A stretch of DNA of 64,000 nucleotides, from assembly GCA_963666425.2 (NCBI GenBank), contig OY762825.2:2208001-2272000 (forward strand), read 5' to 3'. Position 1 is the first letter of the stretch; the number at the start of each line of letters is the position of its first letter. The notes below the pieces were generated by a model. It was given only the letters and a program-made list of their open reading frames with translations, ran no database searches and had not been told where the DNA came from. Positions 60,858-64,000 of the stretch are shown here, one piece after another. The stretch comes from Bacillota bacterium. Its GTDB lineage: Bacteria; Bacillota; JAAYKD01. The position numbers and the translations under genes are program-made.

Positions 60858-61840
60858 AAGGAATCGGTCTACTTTATTTTATTGTCCAGCAAACGATGTT
60901 CTTTTCGATGCCGCTGCTTTTGGTTGCCTTGGGCGGACTTTTTTCCGAACGCAGTGGTGTTGTCAACATTGCTTTGGAAGGAATTATGGTCATTGGTGCT
61001 TTAGCCAGTGTGCTTTTTATTTATTTGATGCAGACTTATGCGCTGCTCTCCGGCAATCTTTTATTGATCTGCGCGGTCTTGATTGCCATCGCGGCCGGAA
61101 TGCTTTATTCCCTGCTGCATGCTTATGCCGCTATCAATATGAAGGCAAACCAAGTCATCAGCGGTACTGCTCTGAATCTGGCGTCCTCCCCGTTGGCGAT
61201 TTTAATCGGCAGAATTGCGACCGGTTCCATCAGTGGCCGCAGTGTGCAGCAGATCCCTTTTCAAAATCAATTTCACATTGCAAAAGTACCGTTCTTGGGC
61301 GATTTGCCTCTGATTGGACCGCTTTTTTTCCAAAACACCTATATAACCACCTATATTTCGATCGCTATTCTGATCGTTTCCTGGGTGATGCTCTATAAAA
61401 CCAGATTTGGCTTGCGCTTGCGTGCCTGCGGTGAACATCCTCAGGCAGCCGATTCGGTTGGGATCAATGTTTATCAAATGCGTTATGCCGGCGTAGTCAT
61501 CTCCGGTGCTTTAGCGGGATTAGGCGGTCTGGTTTTTGTGATCCCAACTTCGACCAATTTCAATGCTTCCGTGGCCGGTTACGGCTTTTTGGCGATGGCT
61601 GTGCTGATCTTCGGTCAATGGAAACCTTGGCGTGTGTTTGCCGCCTCGCTTTTCTTTGGCGTGATGAAAACCATTTCGGCGTCCTATTCTTCCATAGGAC
61701 TGCTGCAGGGTTTGGGAATTTCCAGCGAAATCTATAAAATGATCCCGTATTTTGCTACTCTGATTGTCTTGGTTTTTTCTTCTAAAAATTCGCAGGCACC
61801 GAAAGCATCCGGTGAACCCTACGACCAAGGCGCCAGATAA
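60854..61840 (+). CDS. nucleoside ABC transporter permease 2
   Basis: FSERSGVVNIALEG, GLRLRACGEHPQAADSVGI, IFGQWKP. Confidence 0.93.
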   Translation: MKGIGLLYFIVQQTMFFSMPLLLVALGGLFSERSGVVNIALEGIMVIGALASVLFIYLMQTYALLSGNLLLICAVLIAIAAGMLYSLLHAYAAINMKANQVISGTALNLASSPLAILIGRIATGSISGRSVQQIPFQNQFHIAKVPFLGDLPLIGPLFFQNTYITTYISIAILIVSWVMLYKTRFGLRLRACGEHPQAADSVGINVYQMRYAGVVISGALAGLGGLVFVIPTSTNFNASVAGYGFLAMAVLIFGQWKPWRVFAASLFFGVMKTISASYSSIGLLQGLGISSEIYKMIPYFATLIVLVFSSKNSQAPKASGEPYDQGAR

Positions 61841-61870
61841 CCGTTGTCCAGGTAGCATAGTAAAGGTAGG

Positions 61871-61916
61871 ACCGTATCGCTTTCTTATGAGGAAGAAGAA
61901 ACGATACGGTTTCTTT
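61871..61916 (+). terminator. terminator of the ABC operon
   Basis: ACCGTATCG...CGATACGGT followed by TTCTTT. Confidence 0.7.
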
Positions 61917-62062
61917 GCTTTTAGTTCGGCTTTTCTTGTAAGGAAAACGGGCTAGCATGTCTTGATTCAGCGAGCAGGGCAGGAACCCTATGCAGCCAAA
62001 GAGAATTTTGAGACAGCTGCAGTAACAGACGGCCCGAATGGACCGCTCGAAAGACAGGAGAA

Positions 62063-62749
62063 ATGATCATGGCACTCAGAAAAGAAATTTACTGGCATTC
62101 CAATCTCTGGAATCACTTTATGGCAAGCTTTAGCGATTTAGCAGGCATGCTTTTGCTCCGTGCGGCGCTGCTGCCGGCGATTTTCATCACAGCGGAATTA
62201 CTGCTGCTGCAATATTATCACTTTCTGTCCGGTTTATTGCCATTTTCGGAATTTTATCTGGCTTTGGCTGGCGTTGTTTGTTTATTGGCAGCGCTGGTCA
62301 CCGCTCGTCTGAGAATTCCGCCTGTGACCATTTTCTTGCGGAATTGCGGCGGCGGATTGATTTGCCTGGCGGTTTTGTGGCTGAGTGTTTTTCGTTATGG
62401 TCTGGCGGCATTTTGGCTTTTACCGGTTGATTTTCTTTTCGGTGATAGCAGCCTTTGGTTCAGCTCTGTTTACAATCTGCCCAATCAGGCGATTGCTCGT
62501 TGGATCATCAGCGCAAAAAGCCTGCTGACCAACGGCGGCGGAGGAACCCTGCAGGATTTTTTAAGTTTTTTTGTGCTGAAACCGATCCGGCAAGATGCGA
62601 TTTATTGGGCAATCCCTGCCGCGGTACTGGGGGTTACTCTTGTCATAGTACTCCTTTATTTTTTAATTGTGGGTTGTTTTTTTCTGCCGCTGCTGCCTGC
62701 CATTGCTGCTTATACCCTCTTAAGAAAAGGTTGGAATCTGCTCGTTTGA
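62063..62749 (+). CDS. hypothetical membrane protein
   Basis: Several hydrophobic segments; RBS AGGAG. Confidence 0.65.
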   Translation: MIMALRKEIYWHSNLWNHFMASFSDLAGMLLLRAALLPAIFITAELLLLQYYHFLSGLLPFSEFYLALAGVVCLLAALVTARLRIPPVTIFLRNCGGGLICLAVLWLSVFRYGLAAFWLLPVDFLFGDSSLWFSSVYNLPNQAIARWIISAKSLLTNGGGGTLQDFLSFFVLKPIRQDAIYWAIPAAVLGVTLVIVLLYFLIVGCFFLPLLPAIAAYTLLRKGWNLLV

Positions 62750-62901
62750 GCAGCTGCCGATTGCCGAGCAGCATGCTATTCTCATGAACAAAAAATGAAT
62801 TCAGCTCTTTTGTTGGCAGATAGCAGATTTCCTTATTTTGACTGAGAAGGAATCGAGTCAAGAAATGATGAATAAGATAAGATTGTAAGGAGGCGTATGA
62901 T

Positions 62902-64000
62902 ATGTCAATGAAACTAACCCGTGAACAGATCAATAAGATCATCGACGAATGTCAAAAACAAATCGTCAAGAATCCGCATAATAAAGAAGCGCACCATGAT
63001 TTGGCTGTAGCCCGCATGGAAGTCGGTCAATTTGATCAGGCTTTACCAGGCTTTTTAAAGGCGATCGAACTGGATCCCCGTTTTGTCAGTGCTACTTATT
63101 TAGCAGGTGTCTGTTATGCGGAATTGAACCGGCCGGATGAAGCGGTGGAGATGTGGAAAAAAACCTTGACCTTAAATAAACGGCATGATAACGCGATGTA
63201 CTTCATCGGTAAAATTTACGGAATGAAGGGCATGTGGGATATGGCCATTCATCAATTCAATCAAGCCATCAAGGTGAATGATGAAATCCCGCAGTATTAC
63301 CAGGCTCTGGCTGAAATGTATTTAGCCAAGGGGGAATTTCAGACCGCAGTGGAGAATTGGCAGAAAATCCTCACGCTTGATGAAAAAAATCTCCAGGCGC
63401 ATGTCAATTTATGCGCCTGTTATCTGGATATGCATGACCTAGAAAAATCAGTCCTGCACGGCGGCATCGCTGTCAGCTTGGGTGTGGTCAGTCCCACGCT
63501 CTATTACGATTTGGCGATGGCTTACCTTTTTGCCGGTATGTATGAAGACAGTATTAAGTATTTCCTGTTGGCTAAAGAAGGCGATGAAAATGATATCCCA
63601 ACCCGGCTTTCTTTGGGAGAAGCGTATATCGCCAATGGTGAACGTCAGAAGGCGATTGCAGAATGGCAAGAATTACTGGCAAAAGATGCTGCCTGCGTCG
63701 AAGCCTGGTACAATTTAGGTTTGGCTGCCGCACAGGATGAAAATTCCGAACAGGCGTTCGAATATTTTGATAAAGCACTGGCGCTGGATCCGAGTTATTT
63801 GCCCGCCACATCGAATAAAGGTATTTTGTTTTACCAATTGGGAAAACTGGATGAATCTCTGGAGCAATGGCAGAAAATTGTCAGCGTCGAACCGAATCAT
63901 ATTCAGGCGCTCGGTAATATTGTGGAAATCTACATGGATAAGAAAGACTTTGTGCAAGCAAAGAAAAATCTGGACCATGCGATTGAACTGCAGCCGGAGG
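62902..64000 (+). CDS. tetratricopeptide-repeat protein (runs off the window end)
   Basis: Translated by hand: MSMKLTREQINKIIDECQKQIVKNPHNKEAHHDLAVARMEVGQFDQALPGFLKAIELDP...AWYNLG...ALALDP; RBS AAGGAGG. Confidence 0.9.
   Translation, partial: MSMKLTREQINKIIDECQKQIVKNPHNKEAHHDLAVARMEVGQFDQALPGFLKAIELDPRFVSATYLAGVCYAELNRPDEAVEMWKKTLTLNKRHDNAMYFIGKIYGMKGMWDMAIHQFNQAIKVNDEIPQYYQALAEMYLAKGEFQTAVENWQKILTLDEKNLQAHVNLCACYLDMHDLEKSVLHGGIAVSLGVVSPTLYYDLAMAYLFAGMYEDSIKYFLLAKEGDENDIPTRLSLGEAYIANGERQKAIAEWQELLAKDAACVEAWYNLGLAAAQDENSEQAFEYFDKALALDPSYLPATSNKGILFYQLGKLDESLEQWQKIVSVEPNHIQALGNIVEIYMDKKDFVQAKKNLDHAIELQPE

Overview
Chromosomal window from an anaerobic Bacillota (Firmicutes) bacterium of Clostridia or Negativicutes type, inferred from the rpsD-containing alpha operon, ecfAAT-truA-rplM-rpsI and cdaA-cdaR-glmM-glmS. 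Positions 1-14.3 kb hold the spc/alpha ribosomal superoperon. The most unusual part is an accessory locus at 14.6-22.8 kb. It has a tandemly duplicated pair of peptidase C26 (PuuD-like) hydrolases (A-B-A'-B') in which both A copies lack the catalytic Cys, a 443-aa HTH regulator, and a four-gene membrane operon (DUF6754-type) with no ATPase that may encode an uncharacterised transporter. The rest contains HAD/HD phosphatases, an M20 amidohydrolase, convergent cad and ars operons joined at a perfect 48-bp palindrome, a DUF2971-like gene, the c-di-AMP/glm operon, a frameshifted kinase, an intact IS3 element inserted into a terminator, prs, pxpABC, an unlisted 50-aa zinc-ribbon gene, a nucleoside ABC transporter and a TPR gene running off the end. 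No CRISPR array, tRNA or rRNA was seen. All family calls come from motif recognition by eye; no database searches were run.
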